Positions 1 to 9,893 are shown, counted from the stretch's first letter. The stretch: DNA of 64,000 bases from Candidatus Poribacteria bacterium (GCA_021162805.1 JAGGXZ010000036.1:9985-73984); one strand, 5' to 3'. The notes: generated from the letters alone by a model not told the origin. Numbers and translations are program-made.

Positions 1-1
1 C

Positions 2-166
2 AACTTCCTCGGCAGTCAATTGCTCGTTGCCGTTGATCCTTTCGTCAGCTCCATATTGAGCTCTGGGGATTATAGAAAGTTCTCGATCCTGATGGAGGAC
101 GATGAAAACGTGGAGAGACTGTTGCAGGCCATAGAACGGCTGAGCGGGAGGGGGAACAAGGATGGA
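2..166 (+). CDS. 3' end (C-terminal ~54 aa) of an upstream gene running off the window; unknown function
   Basis: Open frame from window edge to TGA at ~164-166 (…RKFSILMEDDENVERLLQAIERLSGRGNKDG*); overlaps ATG of next gene by 4 nt (ATGA-type coupling). Confidence 0.3.
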
Positions 167-1949
167 TGAAATGAGATCTATCCTCGCTACCGATTGCGGG
201 AGCACAACTACAAAGGCGATCCTGATAGAGAAGAGGGGTGATGAGTATCGGCTGATCGTACGAGGTGAAGCACCCACCACGGTCGAGGCGCCGGTGGAGG
301 ACGTCACCAAGGGCGTGATCAACGCCATCGGTGAGGTGGAGGAGCTTACGGGCAGAAAACTCCTGCGCGATGGCCGGCTGATTAAGCCTCAAACCGATGA
401 GAAGGGTATAGACATATACATCTCAACGAGCTCGGCTGGCGGCGGACTGCAGATGATGGTGGCGGGGGTCGTAAGAAACATGACGGCCGAAAGCGCCGAG
501 AGGGCCGCTTTAGGAGCTGGCGCCATCGTCATGGATGTGATCGCATCCAACGATGGAAGAAAACCGCATGAGAAGATAGATCGAATAAGGAGACTCAGGC
601 CGGATATGATCCTCCTTTCAGGAGGTGTTGATGGGGGAACCGTATCACATGTCGTGGAGCTTGCTGAAATAATCGCCGCAGCAAATCCCAGACCTCGTCT
701 CGGTATAGGATATCAGCTCCCCCTCATCTACGCGGGGAACAGGGATGCCCGCGATCAGATCAGAAAGACCCTCCACGGTAAGGTGGCCCTGGAGATCGTG
801 GACAACATTCGCCCGACCATGGAGCGTGAAAATCTCATGCCGGCAAGGCTTAAGATCCAGGAGCTTTTCCTCGAACACGTCATGGCTCATGCTCCGGGCT
901 ACGATAAACTCATCTCCTGGACGGACGCCCCCATTATGCCCACCCCGGCGGCCGTGGGATATATCATCCAGACAATAGCTCGTCGCCGTGGGATACAGGT
1001 TGTGGGGGTGGACATCGGAGGTGCAACCACAGATGTTTTCTCGGTTTTCCAGGGGACGTTTAACCGCACCGTCAGCGCGAACCTCGGTATGAGCTACAGC
1101 GTCTCCAACGTCCTCGCCGAGGCTGGCGTGGAGAACGTGATGCGATGGGTGCCTTTCCGGATGGATGAGGGAGATCTCCGAAACAGGATCAAGAACAAGA
1201 TGATCCGTCCCACCACCATACCTCAGACGTTGGAGGAGCTGATGGTGGAACATGCCCTCGCCCGTGAGGCGCTGAGGTTGGCCTTCGAGCAGCATAGGAA
1301 ACTCGCCGTCGGACTAAAGGGAGTTCACCAGGAGAGGACGATCTCCGACGCCTTCGCACAGACCGAGACGGGCCAGACGTTGGTGGATATGATGGGCCTG
1401 GACCTCATCGTGGGAAGCGGCGGTGTGCTCTCACATGCTCCCCGTAGGAGCCAGGCGGCGATGATGCTGATCGACGCATTTCAGCCGGAGGGCGTAACCC
1501 ATCTGGCCGTGGATAGCATCTTTATGATGCCCCAGCTCGGGGTTTTAGCGCAGGTGAATGAAGAGGCAGCTCTGCAGGTCTTCGAGAGAGAGTGTCTCAT
1601 ACACCTGGGGACCTGCATCGCCCCCGTCGGCCAGGGGGAGGAGGGCAGACCATGCCTGACCATAAAAGCATGGCTGCCGGAGGGTGAGATAGAGGAGGAG
1701 ATACCGTTCGGTCAGATCAGACTCCTACCTCTCGGCGTCGGCCAAAAGGCGCGGGTATACCTCAAGCCGCGGAGGAGGTTCGACGTCGGAGCGGGGAGGG
1801 GAAATGAGATGGAGATCGAGGTCGAAGGCGGAGTCGTCGGCCTTATACTGGATACCAGAGGACGCCCGCTCGATCTGAACATGAACACGCCGAACAGGGT
1901 GGACAGGATCACCGAATGGATGAAAGCCTTAAACGCATATCCGATGTAG
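162..1949 (+). CDS. MutL/GlmL-family (glutamate-mutase-accessory-like) ASKHA-fold ATPase with two actin-like ATPase lobes
   Basis: 595-aa ORF; N-terminal ATDCGSTTTKAIL and second VVGVDIGGATTDVFSV phosphate-binding motifs typical of actin/hexokinase-fold MutL (PF13941-like) / reactivase-like proteins; family assigned from memory. Confidence 0.55.
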   Translation: MDEMRSILATDCGSTTTKAILIEKRGDEYRLIVRGEAPTTVEAPVEDVTKGVINAIGEVEELTGRKLLRDGRLIKPQTDEKGIDIYISTSSAGGGLQMMVAGVVRNMTAESAERAALGAGAIVMDVIASNDGRKPHEKIDRIRRLRPDMILLSGGVDGGTVSHVVELAEIIAAANPRPRLGIGYQLPLIYAGNRDARDQIRKTLHGKVALEIVDNIRPTMERENLMPARLKIQELFLEHVMAHAPGYDKLISWTDAPIMPTPAAVGYIIQTIARRRGIQVVGVDIGGATTDVFSVFQGTFNRTVSANLGMSYSVSNVLAEAGVENVMRWVPFRMDEGDLRNRIKNKMIRPTTIPQTLEELMVEHALAREALRLAFEQHRKLAVGLKGVHQERTISDAFAQTETGQTLVDMMGLDLIVGSGGVLSHAPRRSQAAMMLIDAFQPEGVTHLAVDSIFMMPQLGVLAQVNEEAALQVFERECLIHLGTCIAPVGQGEEGRPCLTIKAWLPEGEIEEEIPFGQIRLLPLGVGQKARVYLKPRRRFDVGAGRGNEMEIEVEGGVVGLILDTRGRPLDLNMNTPNRVDRITEWMKALNAYPM

Positions 1950-1958
1950 GGGGATAAA

Positions 1959-3077
1959 ATGGCCCATGCCTATACGCCCGGGCTCAAGATAACCGATTCG
2001 ACGCTTATAAGGAAGATCCGCAGGTTGCCCCTTGAAGGGACGGTGTTGGTCGAGGCAGGGCAGAAGGTTAGGGCCGAGGACCCTGTTGCAAGGACTGAGC
2101 TGCCCGGCGATGTGGAGATGATCAACGTGGCAAATACACTCAGCATTCAGCCTGAGGACATCCGCAGATATATGCTCAAGTCGGAGGGTGATCCGGTCGA
2201 GGAGGGAGAGATCATAGCCCAGACGAAGGGCCTATTCGGGCTTTTTAAATCACAATGTAGATCCAAAGCCTTGGGAACCATAGAGAGCATCTCGGAAGTC
2301 ACCGGACAGGTTCTCATCCGCAAACCCTCGGTGCCGCTGGAGATAAAGGCATATGTAGACGGCGTGGTGAGCGAGGTCATGCCGAGGGAAGGCGCCGTCA
2401 TAGAGTGTAAGGGAGCATTGATACAGGGGATATTCGGCGTGGGCGGTGAAAGGATAGCACCTTTAAAGCTGCTCGTCGATTCCCCCTCTGAACCGCTCAC
2501 GGCTGAATCGATCGACCGAAGCTGTGCCGATAGGATAATCGTCGGAGGATCGATCGTCACCGCGGAGGCCATACGAAAGGCCGAGGAAATCGGTGTGATT
2601 GGAATAATCGTCGGAGGCATAAATGACGAGGATCTGCGCCGTTTCCTGGGATACGAGATCGGCGTGGCGATAACGGGATCGGAGGATATAGATCTGACGC
2701 TCATCATCACGGAGGGATTCGGGGAGATAGCCATGTCAGATAGAGCCTTCGGTCTCCTTAAAGAGCTCGATGGGATGAAGGCCTCCATAAACGGGGCAAC
2801 CCAGATCCGAGCAGGTGTGCTCAGGCCGGAGGTGATAGTGCCCCTGGAAAAGATAAGGGCGGAAGAAGGAGAACTTGAGCCGAGACTGGAGATCGGATCG
2901 AAGATCAGGGTGATAAGGGAACCCTATTTCGGCAGGATCGGCGTGGTGAGAGCACTTCCCCCGGAATTGAAAAGGATCGAAACGGAATCCGTAGTTCGAG
3001 TTTTAGAGCTTGAATTGGAGGACGGATCGAGGATCACCCTGCCAAGGGCGAACGTCGAGATAATCGAGGAGAGATGA
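1959..3077 (+). CDS. conserved hypothetical protein, co-operonic partner of the MutL-like ATPase
   Basis: 372-aa ORF 10 nt after preceding stop; Gly-rich IIVGG..GIIVGG segments; no recognisable catalytic motif. Confidence 0.4.
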   Translation: MAHAYTPGLKITDSTLIRKIRRLPLEGTVLVEAGQKVRAEDPVARTELPGDVEMINVANTLSIQPEDIRRYMLKSEGDPVEEGEIIAQTKGLFGLFKSQCRSKALGTIESISEVTGQVLIRKPSVPLEIKAYVDGVVSEVMPREGAVIECKGALIQGIFGVGGERIAPLKLLVDSPSEPLTAESIDRSCADRIIVGGSIVTAEAIRKAEEIGVIGIIVGGINDEDLRRFLGYEIGVAITGSEDIDLTLIITEGFGEIAMSDRAFGLLKELDGMKASINGATQIRAGVLRPEVIVPLEKIRAEEGELEPRLEIGSKIRVIREPYFGRIGVVRALPPELKRIETESVVRVLELELEDGSRITLPRANVEIIEER

Positions 3078-3105
3078 AAAAATAAGCTCTTTCGGAGGTG
3101 AAGCG

Positions 3106-5616
3106 ATGAAGGCAGTGATAATGGCAGGCGGTTTCGGCACGCGGATGAGACCTCTGACCTACAACATCCCCAAACCGATGGTCCCGATCGCTAACAGACC
3201 CATAATGGAGCATATCGTCACCCTGCTTAAAAAACACGGATTTGAGGAGATGCTCTCCATACTCTACTATCAGCCGGAGATCATAGAGAACTACTTCGGA
3301 GACGGATCGGATTTCGGCGTCAGGATGGGTTACATCCGTGCGGAGGAGGATCTGGGCACGGCGGGAAGCGTCCGTAACGCCCACATCCACCTGTCCGATT
3401 TCTTCGACGATACCTTCATCATCATAAGCGGAGATCTGCTGACCGATTTCGATCTCACCGGGATAGTTCAGTTCCACAAGGATAAGGGCGCTAAGGTCAC
3501 GCTGGCGCTGACCAGAGTGGATGACCCCAGGCCATACGGCGTGGTGATCACCGATGAGGAGGGCAAGATAACCCGCTTCCTGGAGAAGCCAACCTGGGGT
3601 GAGGTCTTCAGCGACACGATAAACACGGGCATATATGTTCTTGAGCCTGAGGTCATGGAGTACATTCCGCCGGAGACCGAGTTCGATTTCAGCAACGACC
3701 TCTTCCCGCTCCTCATGGAGAAGGGAGAGCCGCTATTCGGATTCGTGGCCGAAGGATACTGGAGGGATATCGGAGATTTGGAATCATACTTACAGGCACA
3801 TAAGGACGTGCTTTCGGGGAAGGTGGAGATCGAAATCTCCGGCGAGAGGCAGAAGACCATCGGCAGGGATATCTGGATAGGCGAGGGAACGAAGGTCAGC
3901 AGGAAGGCCGAGCTGGAAGGGGCAGTGGTGATAGGCCGTAACTGTAGGATCGACGATGGGGTTTATATCCGTAACTCCGTCATCGGCGATAATTGCATCG
4001 TCGAGGAGGACGCCAGAATCGTGGATTCCGTCATATGGGATAACGTCTACATCGGCTCCATGGCGGAACTCCGTGAGAACATAATCGGCAGCCGGACGAT
4101 CATCAAACATAAAGCCTTCATCGATCTGCGCGCCGTTATAAGCGATAACTGCGTCGTGGGGGCCGGAAGCCGGATAAGGGCCAACCTGAAGCTGTGGCCG
4201 CATAAGGTCGTTGAGGACGGCGCGACGCTCACGACAAGCCTGGTTTGGGGCGATAGGTGGGCGAAATCCCTCTTCGGCAGCTTCGGCGTGACAGGGGTGG
4301 CCGGGGCGGAGTTGACCCCTGAGATAGCGGCGAGGCTTGGGGCCTCATATGGCGCATCGCTGCGCAAGGGCTCATATGTCGTTGCGAGCCGTGATAACTG
4401 CAGGGCATCCCGCATGATCGGTCGTGCCATCATCGCCGGGCTGATGTCCACGGGAGTCAACATCTACGACCTGGAGGAGATCCCCGAGCCGGTGGCGAGG
4501 TTCGCAACCAACGCCTTGAAATCGTCAGGCGGTTTCCACGTCCGTCGATCCCCCTTCGATCCGGACGTGCTGGATATCAAGTTCTTCGAGGCCAACGGGA
4601 TGGACATCCGCGTCGCCCATGAGAAAACGGTCGAAAGGCTCTTCTTCAGGGAGGACTTCCGCAGGGTCCCCGTCGCTGAGACAGGCAATCTGGAGTTCCC
4701 ATCCAGGATCTACGAGTATTATCGCGAGGCCTTTCTCAATTACATCGATCAGGAGGTCTTCGGTGAGAGAAGCCCTAAGATCGTGATGGATTACGCCCAC
4801 AGCACGGCCGTCACCATTCTACCCTCCATCCTAGGGGAGCTGAACATAAACGCCGTCAGCCTCAACGCCTTCATGGATGAAAGCAAACTCACCAGATCTG
4901 AAACCGAGATAGGGGAGGCTTTAAAGCAGCTTTCAGATATCGTCGTCACGCTCAAATCCGACGTCGGGTTCATGCTCAATCCGGCCGCCGAGAGGCTCTT
5001 CCTCGTCGATGAAAGGGGGAGGATATTATCGGGCAATGAGGCTCTGGCGGCGGTCGTCATGCTGATATTGAAGACGGGCGCTAAAGGGAAGATCGCCGTC
5101 TCCGTGACAGCCTCTCGGGCGATAGATGTGATCGCCTCTCAGCACGGGGTCGAGGTGATCCGGACGAAGACTAACCCCCGCTCGCAGATGGAGATGGCGA
5201 TGTTGCCCGATATAGCCTTCGTCGGCTCCAGGCGTGGAAATTATATCTTCCCCGAATTCTATCCCGTCTTCGACGCCATGCTCGCCCTTGTGAAGATCCT
5301 GGAGATGATGTATAGGCTGGAGGTCAAGCTCGGCGATCTGGTCGATGAGATACCGAGGTTCCATATGATCAGGGAGAGGGTGCCCTGTCCGTGGGAGCTC
5401 AAGGGAACGATCATGCGCAATCTGATCGAGGAGACCAAAGGCGAGAACGTGGAGCTGATAGACGGCGTGAAGGTGAACTATGAGGACGGATGGATCGTGA
5501 TTATCCCCGATCCCGATAGGCCCATATTCCACATCACCGCCGAGTCGGAGGATAAAGGGAAAGCTGAGGAACTGGCGGCATCCTTCGCTGATAAGATAAG
5601 GGAATGGCAGAGGTGA
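3106..5616 (+). CDS. bifunctional sugar-1-phosphate nucleotidyltransferase (mannose-1-P guanylyltransferase-like, with left-handed beta-helix) fused to phosphomannomutase/phosphoglucomutase
   Basis: 836 aa; N-term MKAVIMAGGFGTRMRPLT (NTP_transferase G-x-G-T-R motif), hexapeptide repeats mid-protein, C-terminal PGM/PMM alpha/beta/alpha domains. Confidence 0.8.
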   Translation: MKAVIMAGGFGTRMRPLTYNIPKPMVPIANRPIMEHIVTLLKKHGFEEMLSILYYQPEIIENYFGDGSDFGVRMGYIRAEEDLGTAGSVRNAHIHLSDFFDDTFIIISGDLLTDFDLTGIVQFHKDKGAKVTLALTRVDDPRPYGVVITDEEGKITRFLEKPTWGEVFSDTINTGIYVLEPEVMEYIPPETEFDFSNDLFPLLMEKGEPLFGFVAEGYWRDIGDLESYLQAHKDVLSGKVEIEISGERQKTIGRDIWIGEGTKVSRKAELEGAVVIGRNCRIDDGVYIRNSVIGDNCIVEEDARIVDSVIWDNVYIGSMAELRENIIGSRTIIKHKAFIDLRAVISDNCVVGAGSRIRANLKLWPHKVVEDGATLTTSLVWGDRWAKSLFGSFGVTGVAGAELTPEIAARLGASYGASLRKGSYVVASRDNCRASRMIGRAIIAGLMSTGVNIYDLEEIPEPVARFATNALKSSGGFHVRRSPFDPDVLDIKFFEANGMDIRVAHEKTVERLFFREDFRRVPVAETGNLEFPSRIYEYYREAFLNYIDQEVFGERSPKIVMDYAHSTAVTILPSILGELNINAVSLNAFMDESKLTRSETEIGEALKQLSDIVVTLKSDVGFMLNPAAERLFLVDERGRILSGNEALAAVVMLILKTGAKGKIAVSVTASRAIDVIASQHGVEVIRTKTNPRSQMEMAMLPDIAFVGSRRGNYIFPEFYPVFDAMLALVKILEMMYRLEVKLGDLVDEIPRFHMIRERVPCPWELKGTIMRNLIEETKGENVELIDGVKVNYEDGWIVIIPDPDRPIFHITAESEDKGKAEELAASFADKIREWQR

Positions 5617-5629
5617 AGGGGGGAGGATA

Positions 5630-6025
5630 ATGGCGAGGATCATCAAGGAGATAGAGATCCAGGGACAACCGGCGTTAGCCCTGTTTGATACCGGAGCGAT
5701 CTACTCCTATGTCCGCTCGATCTTGGCCCGGGATGCCCCGGGGATAAAGGTCCCCTCCCCCCCGCGCGTGGTTCTGGGGGGAAGGGTTATTGAGATCAGG
5801 GAGCTCCGGTTGGTCAAGGGAAAGATCGAAGGACTGCCCTTCGTCGCCGAGGTGGTTCCTGTGGATGAACTGGGTCGGGCTGACGGTAAGGAACTGGATG
5901 CGATCATCGGAGCTAGAACGATGGAACAGTGGGAGATCAAGCTGGACCCTCGAACGGAATCGCTGGATCTAGAAGGGCTACGGCGCAGAGAGTTCACCGA
6001 GTTCCCTACATCACCACTGGTCTGA
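5630..6025 (+). CDS. retropepsin-like (clan AA) aspartic peptidase
   Basis: 131 aa with LFDTGAIYSYV (D-T-G-A catalytic signature) near N-terminus; size typical of bacterial/archaeal single-lobe retropepsin homologues. Confidence 0.55.
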   Translation: MARIIKEIEIQGQPALALFDTGAIYSYVRSILARDAPGIKVPSPPRVVLGGRVIEIRELRLVKGKIEGLPFVAEVVPVDELGRADGKELDAIIGARTMEQWEIKLDPRTESLDLEGLRRREFTEFPTSPLV

Positions 6026-7139
6026 TCTGCCCGCCGATGATGTTCTTGCCCAAAACCCTGAAGTTGATGACCTCCTTGGAGCCGGGGTCCATCTGAAGAA
6101 TGAACTTGATCGTGGAGGAATCCTCCTTCTCATACCTATGTGAGCACTCCTTCATCTCCCACTCGTCGTTCAACCCCACATATATCTCCAGTTTGATCTT
6201 CTCCTCACGATGGTTTTGAGCCGTGATCCTGAACTTCTCCTCGATGTCGCAGAGCGCTATTCTCCTCTGATCTGCCGTCCGCCTGATGTTCGTCCTTCGC
6301 CTATCTAGGAGCTCCTTTTTAACCTCGACCTCCTTCGTCCCGCCGAGTCTGATCCTCACCTCATCGCTGATAGGCGTCCTATGTAGGATGTCCTCGCTGA
6401 GGAACACAAATCCATCCCCCTCGGCTTTATAGACGTGAATCTGGCCGGAGGGGAGGATAGAACCGCCAAGGCCATGGGCCTCATCGTTCTTAAAGATATA
6501 GTAGACTGAAGTTGTGGCGGATTTCCTCGGATCGAAGACGTAAAGTTTCTCCACAGAGACATTCTCAACCTTAAACAGCTCCACGGATCTGGATTCCCTT
6601 CCTTTAATCGTGAGCTTGATGGGAGGTCTAAATGGGAATTCGACCTGGACGTTCTGAAACTCCTCAGGCGTCGTGTTCACCACCTTTGCCCTGCATATTA
6701 ACCTCCCCTTCTCATCGTTTTCATCGAGGATGAGGGTATAGCTAAACTCCGGTCTGATTCCTGAGGCAAGGTATGAGATGTAAACCGGCACCTCCATAGC
6801 CTCAGAGCTCATCACGTGCCAGATCAGGCTATTTGTCGATCCCGGCCGGATCGATATCGACTCGATCTCCACCCTCCCCTTTTGAGGCGTTGGGATGACA
6901 TGAACCGATTGGAGATCTATGTCGAGGTTGGCCCAACTGAACTCGACCAGGTTTTCGCCTTTCTCCAAGGTGATGTTTCTCTGCTCTTGAATCAAAGCTT
7001 TCGCCGACGTGATGGACATGAACCTGATCCTCACCCTTTCCCTGGGCGGGAGGGTTATAAGCTCTATCCTCGATAACCCCACCTCGGCGATGCATCCCAG
7101 CAGGAGAGCTGCCGCTATAAATCCGATCAAAGCCCTCAT
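6006..7139 (-). CDS. secreted DUF4139-like protein (TIGR02231 / MuiA-like family), paralog 1
   Basis: 377 aa, N-terminal signal peptide (MRALIGFIAAALLLGCIAEVG); shares VYVFDPRKS, YYIFKNDEAHGLG, KIRLGGTKEVEV blocks with the upstream paralog; family assigned from memory. Confidence 0.5.
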   Translation of the reverse strand: MRALIGFIAAALLLGCIAEVGLSRIELITLPPRERVRIRFMSITSAKALIQEQRNITLEKGENLVEFSWANLDIDLQSVHVIPTPQKGRVEIESISIRPGSTNSLIWHVMSSEAMEVPVYISYLASGIRPEFSYTLILDENDEKGRLICRAKVVNTTPEEFQNVQVEFPFRPPIKLTIKGRESRSVELFKVENVSVEKLYVFDPRKSATTSVYYIFKNDEAHGLGGSILPSGQIHVYKAEGDGFVFLSEDILHRTPISDEVRIRLGGTKEVEVKKELLDRRRTNIRRTADQRRIALCDIEEKFRITAQNHREEKIKLEIYVGLNDEWEMKECSHRYEKEDSSTIKFILQMDPGSKEVINFRVLGKNIIGGQIRPVVM

Positions 7140-8458
7140 CTTCTCACACCTCCCTCCGGCTTGATAACGACCGTGTATTTGATGATCTCCTCCGCTCCGG
7201 GCGGGAGGGTAAGCTTGAAAAGTATCGTCTGAGCGTCCTTTCGCTCATAATCGTGGCTTTTGGAGGTGATCTCCCACTCGCCCCTGAACCTCTCGTAAAC
7301 TTCAACCTTGGCGGGGATCTCCCTGTGATTACGCACCTTTATCTGATATTCCTCCTCAGTGTCATATCCCGCCACCCGGTTGTTCTTATCGAACCTGAAG
7401 TTGATCTTGGCGAAGTTCATCCGTTTTCTTTCGACCGTGATCTCGCCCTGGGAGTTGAGGGTGAGCTTCACATCGCCGCTGACCGGCGTGAAATCGATCC
7501 TCGATTCACCTATCGGTATGATCTGATCTTTCTCCCGCCCGTAAACTATCACCCTCCCCGGCGGGATGGGAGCGGAGCCGAGGTTGTGCTCTTTGTCGTT
7601 TTTGAATCTGTATTGTTTAACGACCGATTCGCCGTATTTCGAGGGATCGAAGACATATACCACATCTATCGGCACCTCTTCGGCGGAGAGCCACATCAAC
7701 CTTTTGCCCCACTCGTTTTTGAGATCAGTTCGTCTTTCGACCGAGAGCAGATAATGCTCTGAGACCATCCCGGCCTCACCGGCCTGTCTCATGTTAGCCA
7801 ACGCCTCCGTCGTCACGAATTTCCGAGCGGCCGCTTCGATTACAGGTACAGGTGCTCTCAACGCTCCTCTGCCCGCTTTCCTCATCTCCTTTCGCATCCT
7901 GTCCATCTCCTCCGCCTTCGCCGCGTATCTCTCCCTTACCACCCTGTTGATCTCACCCGCCACGAGCTTGAGCGACACCCCTTTGAAATCCTCGCCGCTC
8001 TTGTTGGAGATCTCGACATATCCCTCTAGTGAAAGCTTGGTCTCATCCTCCGACGAGATGACAGTGTAGTCCACATCCCAGTCCATTCCACCGATGAAGT
8101 ATGTGATCTTCAGCGGTTTTCTGCCCCCTTCCTCCGTTTTGATCTTCCAGACGATCATGTTCGGCTCCTCAAAGGAGGAGATAGCCGTCTGGATCGAGAC
8201 GTCCGGGATCTGGGGAAGCAGTCTTATGGAGGATGGATCGATCCTGGTGTCAGCCCATCCGAATTGAAGCCTGTTTTCGCCCTTCCTCAGCGTGATCAAC
8301 CTGCTCTCCTCGACATAGGCTATGTCTATCCCCTTATAGATCGTGACTTTCACGGACTTGCGTCCTGGGATTGTGGAGAGCTGGACCTCTCCCCACGCGT
8401 TGAAAGAAAGCGTTAAAAAGGCCCACATTCCCAGTGTGACCCAGATTAACCTCAACAT
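7136..8458 (-). CDS. secreted DUF4140/DUF4139-like protein (TIGR02231 / MuiA-like family), paralog 2
   Basis: ORF track extends to 8650 but the extension is translation of palindromic repeats; plausible start is internal Met (MLRLIWVTLGMWAFLTLSFNAWG signal peptide) at ~8458; stop overlaps next gene by 4 nt. Confidence 0.5.
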   Translation of the reverse strand: MLRLIWVTLGMWAFLTLSFNAWGEVQLSTIPGRKSVKVTIYKGIDIAYVEESRLITLRKGENRLQFGWADTRIDPSSIRLLPQIPDVSIQTAISSFEEPNMIVWKIKTEEGGRKPLKITYFIGGMDWDVDYTVISSEDETKLSLEGYVEISNKSGEDFKGVSLKLVAGEINRVVRERYAAKAEEMDRMRKEMRKAGRGALRAPVPVIEAAARKFVTTEALANMRQAGEAGMVSEHYLLSVERRTDLKNEWGKRLMWLSAEEVPIDVVYVFDPSKYGESVVKQYRFKNDKEHNLGSAPIPPGRVIVYGREKDQIIPIGESRIDFTPVSGDVKLTLNSQGEITVERKRMNFAKINFRFDKNNRVAGYDTEEEYQIKVRNHREIPAKVEVYERFRGEWEITSKSHDYERKDAQTILFKLTLPPGAEEIIKYTVVIKPEGGVRR

Positions 8459-8499
8459 ACATCCCCTCCGATACGCTGGATTCGCCCATATTATCGTTG

Positions 8500-8575
8500 A
8501 GTGTAACGGAAATCCGATCCGTTGCGTTGTAACGTTCGCTGCGTGATTGCGTTTACTGCGTTGTGCGTTACGCGA
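8500..8575. repeat. GTAACG/CGTTAC-rich degenerate palindromic repeat block in divergent intergenic region
   Basis: GTGTAACGGAAATCCGATCCGTTGCGTTGTAACGTTCGCTGCGTGATTGCGTTTACTGCGTTGTGCGTTACGCG; contains AACGGA..TCCGTT inverted repeat and reiterated TGCGTT(N)ACG units; related block at 20832-20863. Confidence 0.6.
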
Positions 8576-8593
8576 TGAACGTATCTCCTTGTT

Positions 8594-8630
8594 GGATCGA
8601 TAACCGCTACACTCAAGGGAAATTTGAGCG
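8594..8630. repeat. conserved ~35-nt intergenic palindromic element, copy A (GGATCGATAACCGCTACACTCAAGGGAAATTTGAGCG)
   Basis: Near-identical to copy at 20891-20924 (32/34 nt), partial copies at ~30442-30465 and ~31883-31903 (minus); inverted repeat GCT(ACA)CTCAA-N7-TTGAGCG. Confidence 0.7.
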
Positions 8631-8705
8631 TGTTGAACTACTCCGACCACCTAGGAGATTATACCATAATTTACCGGGTGATGTCGGCTTCTCACGTTAA
8701 TCCTC

Positions 8706-8730
8706 GAACATTTTCCGCCGAAATTTCGTC
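8706..8730 (+). promoter_or_regulatory. ECF-type promoter (GAAC-N17-CGTC) upstream of ECF sigma factor gene
   Basis: tcGAACattttccgccgaaatttCGTCtaa about 40 nt upstream of TTG start at 8772; matches the -35 GAAC / -10 CGTC architecture of autoregulated ECF sigma promoters. Confidence 0.5.
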
Positions 8731-8771
8731 TAAGAGATCGAAGGTGAGATTGAAACCTATAGAGGAAAATC

Positions 8772-9326
8772 TTGAGTGGCGAAGAAATCGTGTTGATTCA
8801 GAGGTTGAAACAGGGGGACGAGAAGGCATTCGAACAGATCTTCCGCAGATATCAGAAGAGGGTTTACAACGTCGCCTACAGAATGACCGGCAATCGCGAG
8901 ACGGCGGAGGATATGACACAGGAGGTATTCCTCCGCCTCTTCCAGAAGATCCATAAGTTCAAGGGCAAATCCTCCTTCTCCACGTGGTTGTATCGCCTAA
9001 CCGTCAATTTATGTCTGGATCACCTGCGAAAACGGAACGCACACCCGACTGAGAGTCTGGAGGATATCGACGAGAAAGCCCTTATATACGAAAAAACCCC
9101 TGAGGATGATGTCATTCTGAGGGAACGCAGAGAGGCCATACAGAGGATAATCGGCTCTCTCCCCGGTAAAATGAGGGCCATAATAATCCTTCGTGAGATA
9201 GAGGGGTTGTCCTATAAGGAGATCGCCGAGGCGATGAGCTGTTCAATGGGAAGGGTTAAATCGCTACTGCATGAGGCCAGGATGGAACTAAAACGCCGGA
9301 TGGAGAGGAATAAGGGGGAATTATGA
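8772..9326 (+). CDS. ECF (sigma-70 family, group 4) RNA polymerase sigma factor
   Basis: 184 aa; region 2 (…YRMTGNRETAEDMTQEVFLRLFQKIHKFKGKSSFSTWLYRLTVNLCLDHLRKR) and region 4 HTH (LSYKEIAEAMSCSMGRVKSLLHEARMELK); TTG start. Confidence 0.9.
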   Translation: MSGEEIVLIQRLKQGDEKAFEQIFRRYQKRVYNVAYRMTGNRETAEDMTQEVFLRLFQKIHKFKGKSSFSTWLYRLTVNLCLDHLRKRNAHPTESLEDIDEKALIYEKTPEDDVILRERREAIQRIIGSLPGKMRAIIILREIEGLSYKEIAEAMSCSMGRVKSLLHEARMELKRRMERNKGEL

Positions 9327-9889
9327 TGAGATGTCGCAATGTGCGCAGGAAACTCTCCGAGTTTTTAGACGGCGAATTGGATGAGAGAACGCGGGAGGAG
9401 ATCCGTAGACACCTCGCGATCTGTGAGGGGTGTTCCAAGGAGTATGATGAGATGGTCGAGGCCGTCTCGCTCGTCCGGGCTCTTCCGAGGCTCGAACCTC
9501 CTGGGGATATGTGGCCGGCCCTTAAAATGAAGCTCGAAAGCGCTGGAAGATCGAGATTTACATGGCGGGAGCGATTGAAGAGGTTGACGGTTCAACCCAT
9601 GGTTCAACACCCTGTTCTCGCCCCTCTGATCCTGTTTATCGTCGCCGGGGCACTTGCCACAATGGGATGGTGGATGTTCACGAGATCGGGTTCGGATATC
9701 CCGGAGATGCAATTGCTCAGCTTATATGTTCAGGAACATGCCCGATATTACTCGCGGCAGATACTGCCTTCCGATCCGTTTCTGGAATCGGAGGTCGTTC
9801 GAGAGTTGAAAGCTCCCGCCAAGGTGAGGAAAACCGGATCGAGTTATGAGCTCCAAACGTATATCAGCTTGTATTACGAAGGAGAGTGA
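9323..9889 (+). CDS. anti-sigma factor with N-terminal zinc-finger (zf-HC2) and one TM helix
   Basis: 188 aa; MMRCRNVRRKLSEFLDGELDERTREEIRRHLAICEGCSKEY (H-x3-C-x2-C motif) then TM segment PLILFIVAGALATMGWWMF; 4-nt overlap with sigma gene. Confidence 0.8.
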   Translation: MMRCRNVRRKLSEFLDGELDERTREEIRRHLAICEGCSKEYDEMVEAVSLVRALPRLEPPGDMWPALKMKLESAGRSRFTWRERLKRLTVQPMVQHPVLAPLILFIVAGALATMGWWMFTRSGSDIPEMQLLSLYVQEHARYYSRQILPSDPFLESEVVRELKAPAKVRKTGSSYELQTYISLYYEGE

Positions 9890-9893
9890 GGTC

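Noticed and set aside
45-392. 115-aa minus-strand ORF at window start
   Set aside because: Antisense to the well-supported MutL-like CDS and upstream gene end; Pro/Ser/Arg-rich, no motif.
8624-8956. 110-aa + ORF starting inside the palindromic element (TTG)
   Set aside because: Out-of-frame overlap with the ECF sigma gene; Arg/Gly-rich low-complexity translation.
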